Virus record (IMG/VR): IMGVR_UViG_3300008267_006666
Coordinates: 1-54,108 of that record
Source of the DNA: a virus
Lineage: Duplodnaviria > Caudoviricetes
DNA length: 54,108 bases
Reading direction: 5' to 3' (one strand)
Below are positions 8,919 through 18,579 of the stretch, in pieces; within the stretch, counting starts at the first letter, position 1, and each line of letters begins with the position of its first letter. The notes under the pieces were generated by a model. That model was given only the letters and a program-made list of their open reading frames with translations, was not told the DNA's origin and did not search any database. The position numbers and the translations under genes were made by a program.

Positions 8919-9533
8919 ATGTTAAGAGATTTAATAAAACAAATATTAAGAGAGGCGACATCAGATAGTAGTGGTGCTAGAGGATCTTACTCTCTTCCAT
9001 TACAACCAGGATTTAAAGAGTTTAATAAAACTCAATTAGCTCCATTTACTGAAGATGTTTCTGATTTTGATAACGCGGAATTATATTGGGATAGTTTAGA
9101 TGGTAATATGGATGAAGACCAATATGAGATTAGAAAAAAAGAATCTATTGCCAAAAAAATATCTAACTATAAAAAATATCATCCCGTTCAAAATGACGAG
9201 GATGGTGATATCATTAATCCTTACCCCGGTAAAATAAATGAAGATTTGGCGGTTTGGTTTGGCACAAAAAAGAAACCTAAAGGTAGTTCACAACCTAAAG
9301 GTCCTTGGGTTAATATATGTAAAAAGGTTGATGGTAAACATCCCCCTTGTGGTAGACCTGAAGCAACTGATAAAGCTTACCCTAAATGTAGGGCGGCAGG
9401 TGTTGCGGGTAAAATGTCAGATTCTCAAAAGAGAGCTGCGTGTAATCAAAAAAGAAGGGCTGAAAAATCAAACCCTAAACCTGGTACAGGAAACAAACCT
9501 AAAATGGTAAGTTACAAACCTAAAAAGAAATAA
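8919..9533 (+). CDS. Head-associated hypothetical protein with basic Cys-containing C-terminal domain
   Basis: Leader MLRDLIKQILRE; EDL..WF…WVNI…CGR…YPKC motif recalled from T4-like phage proteins. Confidence 0.6.
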   Translation: MLRDLIKQILREATSDSSGARGSYSLPLQPGFKEFNKTQLAPFTEDVSDFDNAELYWDSLDGNMDEDQYEIRKKESIAKKISNYKKYHPVQNDEDGDIINPYPGKINEDLAVWFGTKKKPKGSSQPKGPWVNICKKVDGKHPPCGRPEATDKAYPKCRAAGVAGKMSDSQKRAACNQKRRAEKSNPKPGTGNKPKMVSYKPKKK

Positions 9534-9788
9534 TTATATACTATCTTTCTTTGTTTCCTCTACTTTAACTTCTTCAGTTTTCTTTATCTTTTTTTCTTTA
9601 ATACGAATTGTGTCGTAAATAACTTTTTTAACTTTAATTGTGTCGTACACAATTTGTTTATCGACATTAACAATTTCTTTATTTCTTGGTGGACCTATTA
9701 ACGTCATCGTTAACATTAAAATTAAAAGTAAAAAAGGCATACCGATTAATGTTAATCCCGTTAAAAATGCTTTATCAAATTTGTTCAT
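9534..9788 (-). CDS. Small membrane protein
   Basis: N-terminal hydrophobic helix; YDTI twice and DSI in the soluble part. Confidence 0.65.
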   Translation of the reverse strand: MNKFDKAFLTGLTLIGMPFLLLILMLTMTLIGPPRNKEIVNVDKQIVYDTIKVKKVIYDTIRIKEKKIKKTEEVKVEETKKDSI

Positions 9789-10188
9789 TTGTGATGTTTT
9801 TAAATATGTTACTTAATGAATGTTTTACGTTAGACCTAATCTCATCTTCCATTTTCTTTCTACGAGTTTCTACCTCATTATCAAAAGATAAATTTAACCT
9901 ATCACTTGTTTTGGGTGTTAAGTCTATTGTGTAACTATAATTGTGATTTACAATGGTAATGGTTCGATTATCCATAATGATAAAGATTTGGTCTTCATCA
10001 TTTTTAATATACCTTTTACCTGAGATTGGTGAGATTAGTAATTTTGATTTCTCTTTGTTAATCAGATTCTTACAAATGCCAATACATTCGTATTCATACT
10101 CTGATTTAACATAGTCTTGTTTTTGAGTTGTTTTTCTTACAAAGGCAATTCCTACTCTTTGGAAAAACCTTTTTACTTTGTGTTTCAT
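9775..10188 (-). CDS. Hypothetical early protein (start revised to ATG 10188)
   Basis: The MYLCI extension in the ORF track overlaps the promoter; ATG AAA CAC follows 4 nt after it. Confidence 0.65.
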   Translation of the reverse strand: MKHKVKRFFQRVGIAFVRKTTQKQDYVKSEYEYECIGICKNLINKEKSKLLISPISGKRYIKNDEDQIFIIMDNRTITIVNHNYSYTIDLTPKTSDRLNLSFDNEVETRRKKMEDEIRSNVKHSLSNIFKNITNEQI

Positions 10189-10192
10189 AATA

Positions 10193-10223
10193 CAAAGATA
10201 CAACTTTTTTTAGAAACTACAAA
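10193..10223 (-). promoter_or_regulatory. Bacteroidota primary-sigma promoter (TTTG-N19-TATCTTTG)
   Basis: Reverse complement of 10220-10223 is TTTG and of 10193-10200 is TATCTTTG. Confidence 0.75.
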
Positions 10224-10233
10224 AAAAATTAAA

Positions 10234-10713
10234 TTATTTTTTCTTCCACTTACCACCCTTTTCTTTGTATCTTTTTGCGGCGGCACCATTACAATATGCA
10301 CTTGGACATACTTTGTATCTCGATTTTGCCCAAGATAGACATTGAGACCATAATTGTGGGTTTGTTGGGACATTTTTTTTCTTTCTGCCTTCTTCCATCA
10401 TTTCAGGTTCAGAAGGAACCATAACCTCATCTTCCATCTTGTGGTAACGTTTTGTTTCATTCATAACGAAATCGAAAACTTGGTCAAGGTTATTTTTAGA
10501 TTCGGCAATATGGTCTTGAGCCCAATCGTGACCATTCTCTAATAATTCTGTAACTTCATTCTTATCCAAATTTAACAACAATTCACATTGTCTTTTCATT
10601 TGTTCTAAATTTGAGAAGAACATATATCGAGATGAGTCATCATCGTGAGTTTCATTTAAAACTCTTTGAACTATTTTAGTTAGGTCAGATTCTTTTAATT
10701 TAATAACTTTCAT
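10234..10713 (-). CDS. Leader-bearing protein with DUF5872-like C-terminal domain
   Basis: MKVIKLKESDLTKIVQRVLNE; PTNPQLW…PSAY…YK.KGG.W. Confidence 0.6.
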   Translation of the reverse strand: MKVIKLKESDLTKIVQRVLNETHDDDSSRYMFFSNLEQMKRQCELLLNLDKNEVTELLENGHDWAQDHIAESKNNLDQVFDFVMNETKRYHKMEDEVMVPSEPEMMEEGRKKKNVPTNPQLWSQCLSWAKSRYKVCPSAYCNGAAAKRYKEKGGKWKKK

Positions 10714-11015
10714 TATTCTTCATCTTTTAACATACTTTTATCCAACATATTTAAATCTAATAAACGTTTGGTTAAAGTTTTTCTACCTAATTTTCTTAAA
10801 TATCTAACAACAATCGGAGGAACATCATCTTTATATTTTCCAAATAAAGTCGTGATTTCATCTTCTTTTGGTGTTGATTCATAATCGGCTCTTGATCTTG
10901 AAGCTCTAACTCCTCTAGGACCTTTCTCATAAGGTGTTTCATCTTCACTTTCTTTGATTACTCTTTTTACGATTTGTTCTAAATCGGATTCTGTTAGTTT
11001 AATTACTTTTTTCAT
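10713..11015 (-). CDS. Leader-bearing hypothetical protein
   Basis: MKKVIKLTESDLEQIVKRVIKE. Confidence 0.7.
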   Translation of the reverse strand: MKKVIKLTESDLEQIVKRVIKESEDETPYEKGPRGVRASRSRADYESTPKEDEITTLFGKYKDDVPPIVVRYLRKLGRKTLTKRLLDLNMLDKSMLKDEE

Positions 11016-11016
11016 A

Positions 11017-11403
11017 TTAGTTTAATGATTGTTTTGTTAATGTTTCTATTTTATTTATTTCTTGAGTATAATAATTGAAATAATTAATCGCATCATCGAT
11101 ATGATTAATTAAGTCAAGTTTTTTTTGCCCTGGCATTTTAGATGCCGAAATATTATTTTTTAATGTAGTTAATTCCAATATAACTTTATGATTAGGTTGG
11201 TCTAATTTTTTTAATTTAGACATTAATCTTTGTAAATTACTTAGGTATTTGAAATAAGGAAAACCTTCTCCTCTAGCAAAGCCCTTAACTCCTTGATAAA
11301 TATCTTTAATTCCTCCAAATAAATCTTCATTTAAACTTGTGTCATTAACTTCATTTACCAATTTTTGTAATTGTTCCTCTGTTATTTTAACTGATGTTTT
11401 CAT
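11017..11403 (-). CDS. Leader-bearing hypothetical protein
   Basis: MKTSVKITEEQLQKLVNE; RTATTTAT on the reverse strand at 11408-11415. Confidence 0.7.
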   Translation of the reverse strand: MKTSVKITEEQLQKLVNEVNDTSLNEDLFGGIKDIYQGVKGFARGEGFPYFKYLSNLQRLMSKLKKLDQPNHKVILELTTLKNNISASKMPGQKKLDLINHIDDAINYFNYYTQEINKIETLTKQSLN

Positions 11404-11421
11404 ATTAATAAATATATCGTT

Positions 11422-11586
11422 TTAAGCATTTAATCCGTTAGGTCCTCCTAAAGTTATCGCATTTAATTGTGTTACCGGTGTTCCATAACCATCAGTCCAT
11501 ACAGGATGTGGAGGAGTTACCTGTGTAAATGTTCCACTTTCACAAGTTTCAACACACACTATTGTTTCAGTATTTGCACTTCTTGG
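11422..11586. repeat. 165-bp direct repeat, copy 1
   Basis: 8 mismatches to 13328..13492 by manual alignment. Confidence 0.95.
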
Positions 11587-13281
11587 CGGAATATAATTTG
11601 AATTACAATCGCTACAATTATAATAAAATTCGATAGGTGTAACCTCGGTTGTTGCGGTTAAAGGTAATGGACAATCATTTAAAGCTCTGAGACATCTACC
11701 ATCATTCGTTAAAAAAGTTCTTGAAGGAAAACCGGTATTGATATCTGAAACCGTTATATAATCGTTCAAATTTAAAGATACGTAAGAAAGTTCATTTGTG
11801 TCACAATTTATGACACTAATACCAATTCTAGATGATTGTTCTAAACAATCAATACAATCGTTATATGTAATAGTATTACCTGAATTATCTCTTTTTGAAT
11901 TATAGAAATCGATTCCGTTTGTAATAGATCCTGTTGAAACATTCGCAACCCTCGCACATAAATAGTCATTTTCACCACGTTTAATTTTTACAATATCCCC
12001 AATATTAACTCCAACACTAGTAATTACTTTACCACCATTACCAATACCAACATTACAATTTGGATATTGAGTATCAATAATCATTTCTATATTTCTAACT
12101 TCAAAATTTTCCTCATAACAGGTATTACAAAATTCATCACCAACACCAAAAGTTTGAGTACTATATATTGTTCCATAATTAACTCCGGCCTCACCATAAC
12201 CAACAACTTTACAACATTGGTCATTATATGGGTTATAGAATATTTCACCTATTTCAAAATATTGATATGAAAATACGGTCGGTGATGTAATGGGAGGGAT
12301 ACTATCACAAACCACGAATTGATAATATTGTCCGAAACATTCTGCACAAGGTTCACATCCAGGTGTCGGATTATAATCAAAAATATTATCTATTGTTATT
12401 GGTGCTTCAGGTTCAGCAAGACCAACAACACTATAACATCCCGATGATAATGATAAATTTGAAATTTCTCCATTTTCATATAATTGAGAACCCCAAACCG
12501 TCTCAACTCGCTCAGAATTAAAACAATCTTGAATTATTATTTTATCGCTAGCGACATTTAAACAAGTTTCACAAGCACCTGCATCTACAGGTCCGTAAAT
12601 ATTGATAAAATTGTATTGTACTGAAGTTGATGGAGAGATGTCAATAAAAACACCACAAAATTGGTTTAAATTATCACCATAACCGATAACATACTTTCCA
12701 AAATCCTCGTATTGTTCGGGATTAAAAATTGAGACATAGTCAAACTCCCCTGTCAAACAATTTTCAACCTTACAAGTTACTGAATTAGAACTAAAACAAG
12801 TTAAACATCCCTCTTCCCCAGAATATTCAATAGGGGGTGATAGTAAAACACTAAATTCTCCATTTTGTAATGATTTATCGTAAACTCCCGCACTTAATGT
12901 TCTAATATTTGAAATTGTAAAACACCTTTTAATTACCTCATCTCGATAACCTATTTCTAAAAAATATGTGCTATTTGTGTTTGGTAATGATTCGAACTGA
13001 TTTATCGATATTTTATATGTCACTGCCTCATTGCATGCGGATATTTCAACAATACCTAGATTATTAACCAGACAATCGTAACAACTATCGTATTGCGTTG
13101 TTAATATGAGATTAGTTGAAGTATTATCATCTAGAGAAGTTATTGTCCCACAAAGTGTTGGTTCACTGGGGTCGTCAATTGCGGACCATATTTGGTCTAT
13201 AGATACCGAATTACCGGAAAAATTTACACCTAAAGGAAATGATTCAGGAAAATCACACAATGAAAAATTAATAATTGGCAT
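11422..13281 (-). CDS. Cys-rich repeat protein (about 7 CxxC-ended modules) with conserved C-terminal module; probable virion surface protein
   Basis: YDSCYDCL, GCLTCF, ACETCL, GCEPCAEC, FCNTCY, YNDCIDCL, YNCSDCN at roughly regular spacing. Confidence 0.7.
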   Translation of the reverse strand: MPIINFSLCDFPESFPLGVNFSGNSVSIDQIWSAIDDPSEPTLCGTITSLDDNTSTNLILTTQYDSCYDCLVNNLGIVEISACNEAVTYKISINQFESLPNTNSTYFLEIGYRDEVIKRCFTISNIRTLSAGVYDKSLQNGEFSVLLSPPIEYSGEEGCLTCFSSNSVTCKVENCLTGEFDYVSIFNPEQYEDFGKYVIGYGDNLNQFCGVFIDISPSTSVQYNFINIYGPVDAGACETCLNVASDKIIIQDCFNSERVETVWGSQLYENGEISNLSLSSGCYSVVGLAEPEAPITIDNIFDYNPTPGCEPCAECFGQYYQFVVCDSIPPITSPTVFSYQYFEIGEIFYNPYNDQCCKVVGYGEAGVNYGTIYSTQTFGVGDEFCNTCYEENFEVRNIEMIIDTQYPNCNVGIGNGGKVITSVGVNIGDIVKIKRGENDYLCARVANVSTGSITNGIDFYNSKRDNSGNTITYNDCIDCLEQSSRIGISVINCDTNELSYVSLNLNDYITVSDINTGFPSRTFLTNDGRCLRALNDCPLPLTATTEVTPIEFYYNCSDCNSNYIPPRSANTETIVCVETCESGTFTQVTPPHPVWTDGYGTPVTQLNAITLGGPNGLNA

Positions 13282-13327
13282 GGTTTTTTTACATTATAAA
13301 TATTCAGATATTAATAATAATTTATAT

Positions 13328-13492
13328 TTAGGCGTTTAATCCGTTAGGTCCTCCTAAAGTTATCGCATTTAATTGTGTTACCGGTGTTCCATAACCATCA
13401 GTCCATACAGGATGAGGCGGAACTATTTGTGTAAATGTTCCACTTTCACAAGTTTCAACACACACTATTGTTTCAGTATTTGCACTTCTTGG
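13328..13492. repeat. 165-bp direct repeat, copy 2
   Basis: Encodes the same PRSANTETIVCVETCESGTFTQ..PPHPVWTDGYGTPVTQLNAITLGGPNGLNA tail. Confidence 0.95.
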
Positions 13493-15508
13493 AGTGTTAA
13501 CTAATAAACAAAAACCGCAGGTCGAATGTGTGTTTAATATATCACTAACATTAACCGTAGGTTCATTAGATGTTTGATCAAATGTAAAACAAGCACAGAA
13601 TATTGTCTCACCTGAATAATAACAAATATAACTAACAGCACTTTCACCATTATTAATAATTTGTGAAGAATTTGTAAAAGCGGTTATAGGCAATGTTACT
13701 ATTTCACTATCATCACAAGGATACGATAAAATATTTATCTCTTCGGAATTTAAACATTCAAAACAATTTGAATATTCTGTCATACCGCTAAAGTTTGATG
13801 GTTCTGAAGTTTCTAAACCAATAGTTACACAATACTTATTAACACCATCGGTCATTGAATATTTAATGCCTTTAGATGCGACATAATATATTTCTATTGT
13901 ACCAAGAACTTCTGAAGTTATACAATTAATCGCTTCATAGTAGTACCTAATAAGTTCAACACCCTCAATATCGGAACCACTCATTATTAGATAATTATAA
14001 GCCTCTTCACTCGCAATAGTTCTTTCGCCTGATGTTATAAATGTAACACCATCAATCCACAAATTGATAGATTGATTATACGCCAATAAAATTATTAAAG
14101 AATCATTAACTTCAGGAGGTAATGGGTTACCGTTAACATACAGGTATTGTAAAAAATTTAACCCTGTTAAATCCAAATAAGTTAATTGATTTCCGCTTAA
14201 ATTTAGATAATTTAAACTTGTTAATCCTGTTCCTGTAAAACTTGATAATTCTTTTAAGTTAAATTCTTTAGTGTCATTAAATAATGTTAATTGGTTGTTA
14301 GATAAATTTAAACTGGTTATTCCCGTCATATTTCCACCGTTAAATGATTCTAACGTTGTTATGTTCCAGATATTTGGGAAGTCTAAAGTACCTGTCAAAC
14401 TAACCATATTACCACCATCAAATGATGTTAAAGGATTACCATACAAATTTAAAGTTGTTAAACCTGTCATATTTCCACCATTAAAGGATTCTAATGTGGT
14501 TATTCCATTATCGATAGAAAGAGATAACTCAGTAATGCCGACCATATTTCCACCGTTAAATGAGACTAGCGGGTTATCATTTAAATTTAAATAAATTAAA
14601 TTAATCAATCCCGTTCCTGTAAATCCGGTTAATAAATTATCATATAAATCTAAACCAGTTAAATTAGGTAATTCAACCCCATTAAATGATGTTAATTTAT
14701 TTTTTTCTAAGTTTAAGGCAATTAAACTAGACGGAAGTGTTAAATTATTAAGTGATGTTATTTGGTTAGAATTTAAATTAATACCAATTAAACTTGTCAT
14801 ATTTCCACCGTTAAATGATTCTAAAGTGGTGATATTCCAAGAATAGAAATCTAAAGGACCCATCAAACTAACCATATTTCCACCGTTAAATGAGACTAGT
14901 GGATTGTTAGCCAAACTAAAGGTGGTCAAATTTGTTAAATCACCACCATTAAATGAAACGATTTGATTGTTATTTAAGTAACATTCTACAACATTTGATA
15001 ACCCTATACCCGTAAATTCTGTCAAATTATTATCGTAAAAATCAAAATATTCTAAAGTTGTAAGATTTGAAATATTAATCGTTGATAATTCATTAGAATA
15101 TAAAGACAAATAAGTTATACTCGATAATCCATCTCCATCGAAAGATTGGAGATTATTTTCATTTAATTTTAAGGTCGTTAGACTCGAAAGACCTGTACCC
15201 GTAAAACCAGTTAAATCATTAAAAAGCAAATCCAGCTCAATTAGTCCGGATAATCCAATACCATTAAATGATATTATTTGACCTGCGCTGCACCTTATAA
15301 TGGTTATAACACCCCCAACATTTCCAATAGAATCGCAAGATATTATGGTAAATTCACCACTAGACCCTGATATTGTCGCGTATTGAAGACCATTTGGTAA
15401 CGGAGATGAATCAATCCCATTATGATTGTATTTCCAATAACCTTGAGATGACTCAACTTCTATACCAATAGAAGTTCCGGATAATTTTGAAGTTATAAAT
15501 GTTGCCAT
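13328..15508 (-). CDS. Leucine-rich-repeat protein with Cys modules and the same C-terminal module
   Basis: Many LxxLxLxxNxL units, SFNGGNM repeats, then YSNCFECL and HSTCGFCL modules. Confidence 0.85.
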   Translation of the reverse strand: MATFITSKLSGTSIGIEVESSQGYWKYNHNGIDSSPLPNGLQYATISGSSGEFTIISCDSIGNVGGVITIIRCSAGQIISFNGIGLSGLIELDLLFNDLTGFTGTGLSSLTTLKLNENNLQSFDGDGLSSITYLSLYSNELSTINISNLTTLEYFDFYDNNLTEFTGIGLSNVVECYLNNNQIVSFNGGDLTNLTTFSLANNPLVSFNGGNMVSLMGPLDFYSWNITTLESFNGGNMTSLIGINLNSNQITSLNNLTLPSSLIALNLEKNKLTSFNGVELPNLTGLDLYDNLLTGFTGTGLINLIYLNLNDNPLVSFNGGNMVGITELSLSIDNGITTLESFNGGNMTGLTTLNLYGNPLTSFDGGNMVSLTGTLDFPNIWNITTLESFNGGNMTGITSLNLSNNQLTLFNDTKEFNLKELSSFTGTGLTSLNYLNLSGNQLTYLDLTGLNFLQYLYVNGNPLPPEVNDSLIILLAYNQSINLWIDGVTFITSGERTIASEEAYNYLIMSGSDIEGVELIRYYYEAINCITSEVLGTIEIYYVASKGIKYSMTDGVNKYCVTIGLETSEPSNFSGMTEYSNCFECLNSEEINILSYPCDDSEIVTLPITAFTNSSQIINNGESAVSYICYYSGETIFCACFTFDQTSNEPTVNVSDILNTHSTCGFCLLVNTPRSANTETIVCVETCESGTFTQIVPPHPVWTDGYGTPVTQLNAITLGGPNGLNA

Positions 15509-15512
15509 AATT

Positions 15513-16982
15513 TTATTTATAATTTACTATTTGAAATTTTATTTGTTTTTTATAAACACTTACTTCCCCTGAACTTTCAACTTTTATATCTATATAATAT
15601 TCATTTGGAATTTTATCTCTTGTATCGAATATAAAATAATATTCATTTGGAGTTCTATTTATCTGAGTCCAATCTTGAACTTGAACTTCTGTTTGACCTT
15701 CTCTAACATAAATTCTGTATTCAGCATGAACTTTATTTAATAATTTGTTTGTCGTATAAGCTTGTTTAATTATAACCCCAACTTTTCTAATATCTGTGTT
15801 AAAAATTTTCTCGTCTTGTTTAATACCATAAAAATCAAACCCGTAAAGTTTTGGCTCTACCGAATTAGTTCCAATTTGTAATGAACTTTTCAATGGTAAT
15901 AATGTAAACTCATTAAGAATATCGGGTAAAGAAAAACCATTTAATGTTATATTAGTCCATTGGTCTGTAAATGTGCAAGGAGTTTTATAACCTAATAATG
16001 CTGGTATTGTAACCTCATAGACGCCTTTAGTTCTTCTACAACTTGTTAACCCTGTTAGACTAGGTATAGGTTCACCTGAATTATCTAATATATTAACTTC
16101 AGGCGCATAATCTAAATTAACAGGAATTCCGTTATCGTAAACATATAAGTATAATTTATTTACTCTACCTAAAGTAAAAAGATTTCTATCATCATCTATT
16201 AAATCATTATAAGTCGTTTCGAGAAAAGGTTCATAAAAAGTTTGTGTATGTCTCGTAAAAAATTGAACTTCATAAGATTCACTTAAACCTGATATATTTT
16301 CTAATTGGGGTTTGAAGGCGATTATCCACCCTGAAACATTTTCTAAAGTACCGTCAAGAATTTGGTTAATTTCATTTGTCATATCAAACTCAATATTTTC
16401 ATTACCAAACTGAAAATGTTGTTCATCAATTTTTGTTAAAGCACTATAAGGATAATATCCATTATTGTTGTTATCATATATTCCTGGTTGACCGTCCCAA
16501 TCACTTAATGTTGTTGACTGATACCAATTTGATGGTCTATCGGAAAAATTTTTGTCAGATGCGGAAATTGTATATACTAAATCCGCAAAATCATATCCAA
16601 CACCTTCATCCCAAATCTGAGGTCTGTCAGGGTCGTATTCGATAAAAGGTATTCTGAATAATTCTAAATCAAATGATGTTGCTCTTTTTCTTCCTTGGGA
16701 GGTTGATGAGTTTAAGAATTCTAAATCAAAAGTCGATGTGTTAGTCATTCTTAAAATGTGTTTCATATTATTAACACAATCATTTGAAATAGTCCCATCA
16801 ATAACCTTTTCTTTTAATAGAGTTAAATCCAAATTAAAAATAAATCTACTAAAACCTGTAGGGTATTGAGTTGAAATTGGAGTCCCAAAAAATAGTTCGG
16901 TAACAGGATTCCTACCTGTATTTGTATAACTATTTGATATTAATGTATTGTTTTTACTAAAATAAGAATTATTAATTGACAT
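15513..16982 (-). CDS. Putative virion structural protein
   Basis: Beta-rich 489-aa ORF with RTATTTAT upstream (17001-17008, reverse strand), next to the spike gene. Confidence 0.55.
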   Translation of the reverse strand: MSINNSYFSKNNTLISNSYTNTGRNPVTELFFGTPISTQYPTGFSRFIFNLDLTLLKEKVIDGTISNDCVNNMKHILRMTNTSTFDLEFLNSSTSQGRKRATSFDLELFRIPFIEYDPDRPQIWDEGVGYDFADLVYTISASDKNFSDRPSNWYQSTTLSDWDGQPGIYDNNNNGYYPYSALTKIDEQHFQFGNENIEFDMTNEINQILDGTLENVSGWIIAFKPQLENISGLSESYEVQFFTRHTQTFYEPFLETTYNDLIDDDRNLFTLGRVNKLYLYVYDNGIPVNLDYAPEVNILDNSGEPIPSLTGLTSCRRTKGVYEVTIPALLGYKTPCTFTDQWTNITLNGFSLPDILNEFTLLPLKSSLQIGTNSVEPKLYGFDFYGIKQDEKIFNTDIRKVGVIIKQAYTTNKLLNKVHAEYRIYVREGQTEVQVQDWTQINRTPNEYYFIFDTRDKIPNEYYIDIKVESSGEVSVYKKQIKFQIVNYK

Positions 16983-17007
16983 TACAAAGTTGTTTACCTT
17001 ATAAATA

Positions 17008-18579
17008 TCAATTAATTCGGATATTTTGATTTAGTATTGTATTTTCTGCGTTAGATAATAATTCTTCTATTTTTTGAACCGTAACTCCACTACCCTCACT
17101 CTGTTTACAAGGTGACATAAACGCGATTGGGTGAACGTGGTCTCGTAAAAATACGAAAATAATTCTAATTAAAGATATTAATTCTTCACCTCTAACTGAT
17201 GAATATGTTAAACTTTGAACACTATTTTCATTACCTATAAATTTGTCTTGAGGAATTCCGTATAATGTTTCGTTAAGATTTATCGCTCCTTTAGGTCCTA
17301 TAGAATCTTGAGATAATAAATACAATCTTTGAGCACCAACCACCCCATATGAAATAGGTGTTAAAGAATAATCTGAAGGTTTTATCTGTGTTGTTGTAAG
17401 TTCTTTTTGAGGTCCAAAAATCGGCTTACCTCCTTTATTCAAACCCGAGACAATAAAAAAGCCCTTTTGTTTATATAATGAAATTTCGTTTGAAAATCTT
17501 GTATAATTAATTAGTTCTTTAGTATCTACGTTTATATCCGCCAAACTAAATTTATTACCTTTTAGATATGTCACTTTAGAAGGTGTAACAACAAAAGGAA
17601 ACTGATCGGTAACATCATAGGTTAATATGCCCGGAAAATTTATTTTATTTTTTAATACACCCTCGATGTAAAAATTAATAAAATTAGTTGTTTCTGAAAA
17701 TGAAATCCCTGTAAAAACAGCTAACGTCTCATTGATTATTTTATAATCAACTCCCTCATTATATTTGGTAATTGTTTGTTTGTCGGCATTACTTGTTGTT
17801 ATTTGACTATTTATTACATCGTATAACGCGATTTGACCTGTAAAAGAATCTTGTTCATTCTCTAAATTAATGATAGTCCAAATAACCATCTTTTTTATTT
17901 GTTGAGGTTTTTCTTTTGTATTAATAATTGTTTCAGGTTTAGATTCTTGTTTTTTTACAGGAAATGATGATAGTTGAATAAACGACCTATTAATATTTCC
18001 TATAGGTGGTGACGTTGTTTCTAACTCACCATTATATTTTCCCGACCTAATTAAAACTTCATTTTTTTTAACAATAACATCTGAACTTCCCCTACCTTGT
18101 AATGAATTGTCCCCAACATCGGGAAAAATACCCGCACTATCGCCTTCATATGTAATTGTATCGGGCAAAGAAAATTGAGTTCCTTGTCCTAATAAAGTTT
18201 TAGCGTTACGATAGTCTTCCTTTCTAATATTTCTTGGGTCGGTTAATACATTTGAAATGTAAAACTGATTTTTAAATTTATAATTCTTATCATAATAAAT
18301 TACATTAACGTATTCATCAATTTCAGGAATAGGGTTAATATTATATGGTAATAATGGTAAAAATAATTTTGGGTCATCTTTATCCCATTCTCTATAATTT
18401 GGTTTTGCTTGTTTGATAGCGGATTCATCAATACCTTCAATATCAATTCTTAATCTACCCAATTTTCTTGGGTCATTATTATCAATAACTCTTCCAGGAA
18501 ATAAAATTTGAGTAATTTGTTTCTCCTGAATATACTTATCAATAGTTTCCCTAATTAATTGCTCGTCCGTTTTAGCCAT
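17008..18579 (-). CDS. Baseplate hub/central spike protein (gp5/VgrG/gpV-like)
   Basis: N-terminal GRVIDNNDPRKLGRLRI…IPEIDEYV OB-fold motif; C-terminal HVH apex motif. Confidence 0.75.
   Translation of the reverse strand: MAKTDEQLIRETIDKYIQEKQITQILFPGRVIDNNDPRKLGRLRIDIEGIDESAIKQAKPNYREWDKDDPKLFLPLLPYNINPIPEIDEYVNVIYYDKNYKFKNQFYISNVLTDPRNIRKEDYRNAKTLLGQGTQFSLPDTITYEGDSAGIFPDVGDNSLQGRGSSDVIVKKNEVLIRSGKYNGELETTSPPIGNINRSFIQLSSFPVKKQESKPETIINTKEKPQQIKKMVIWTIINLENEQDSFTGQIALYDVINSQITTSNADKQTITKYNEGVDYKIINETLAVFTGISFSETTNFINFYIEGVLKNKINFPGILTYDVTDQFPFVVTPSKVTYLKGNKFSLADINVDTKELINYTRFSNEISLYKQKGFFIVSGLNKGGKPIFGPQKELTTTQIKPSDYSLTPISYGVVGAQRLYLLSQDSIGPKGAINLNETLYGIPQDKFIGNENSVQSLTYSSVRGEELISLIRIIFVFLRDHVHPIAFMSPCKQSEGSGVTVQKIEELLSNAENTILNQNIRIN

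Noticed and set aside
10189-10203. MYLCI N-terminal extension of the 9775 ORF
   Set aside because: It is the translated promoter box TATCTTTG; ATG 10188 is the likelier start
11422-13492. 165-bp repeat pair as a DGR template/variable region
   Set aside because: No reverse transcriptase in the window, both copies are coding, and mismatches are not adenine-specific
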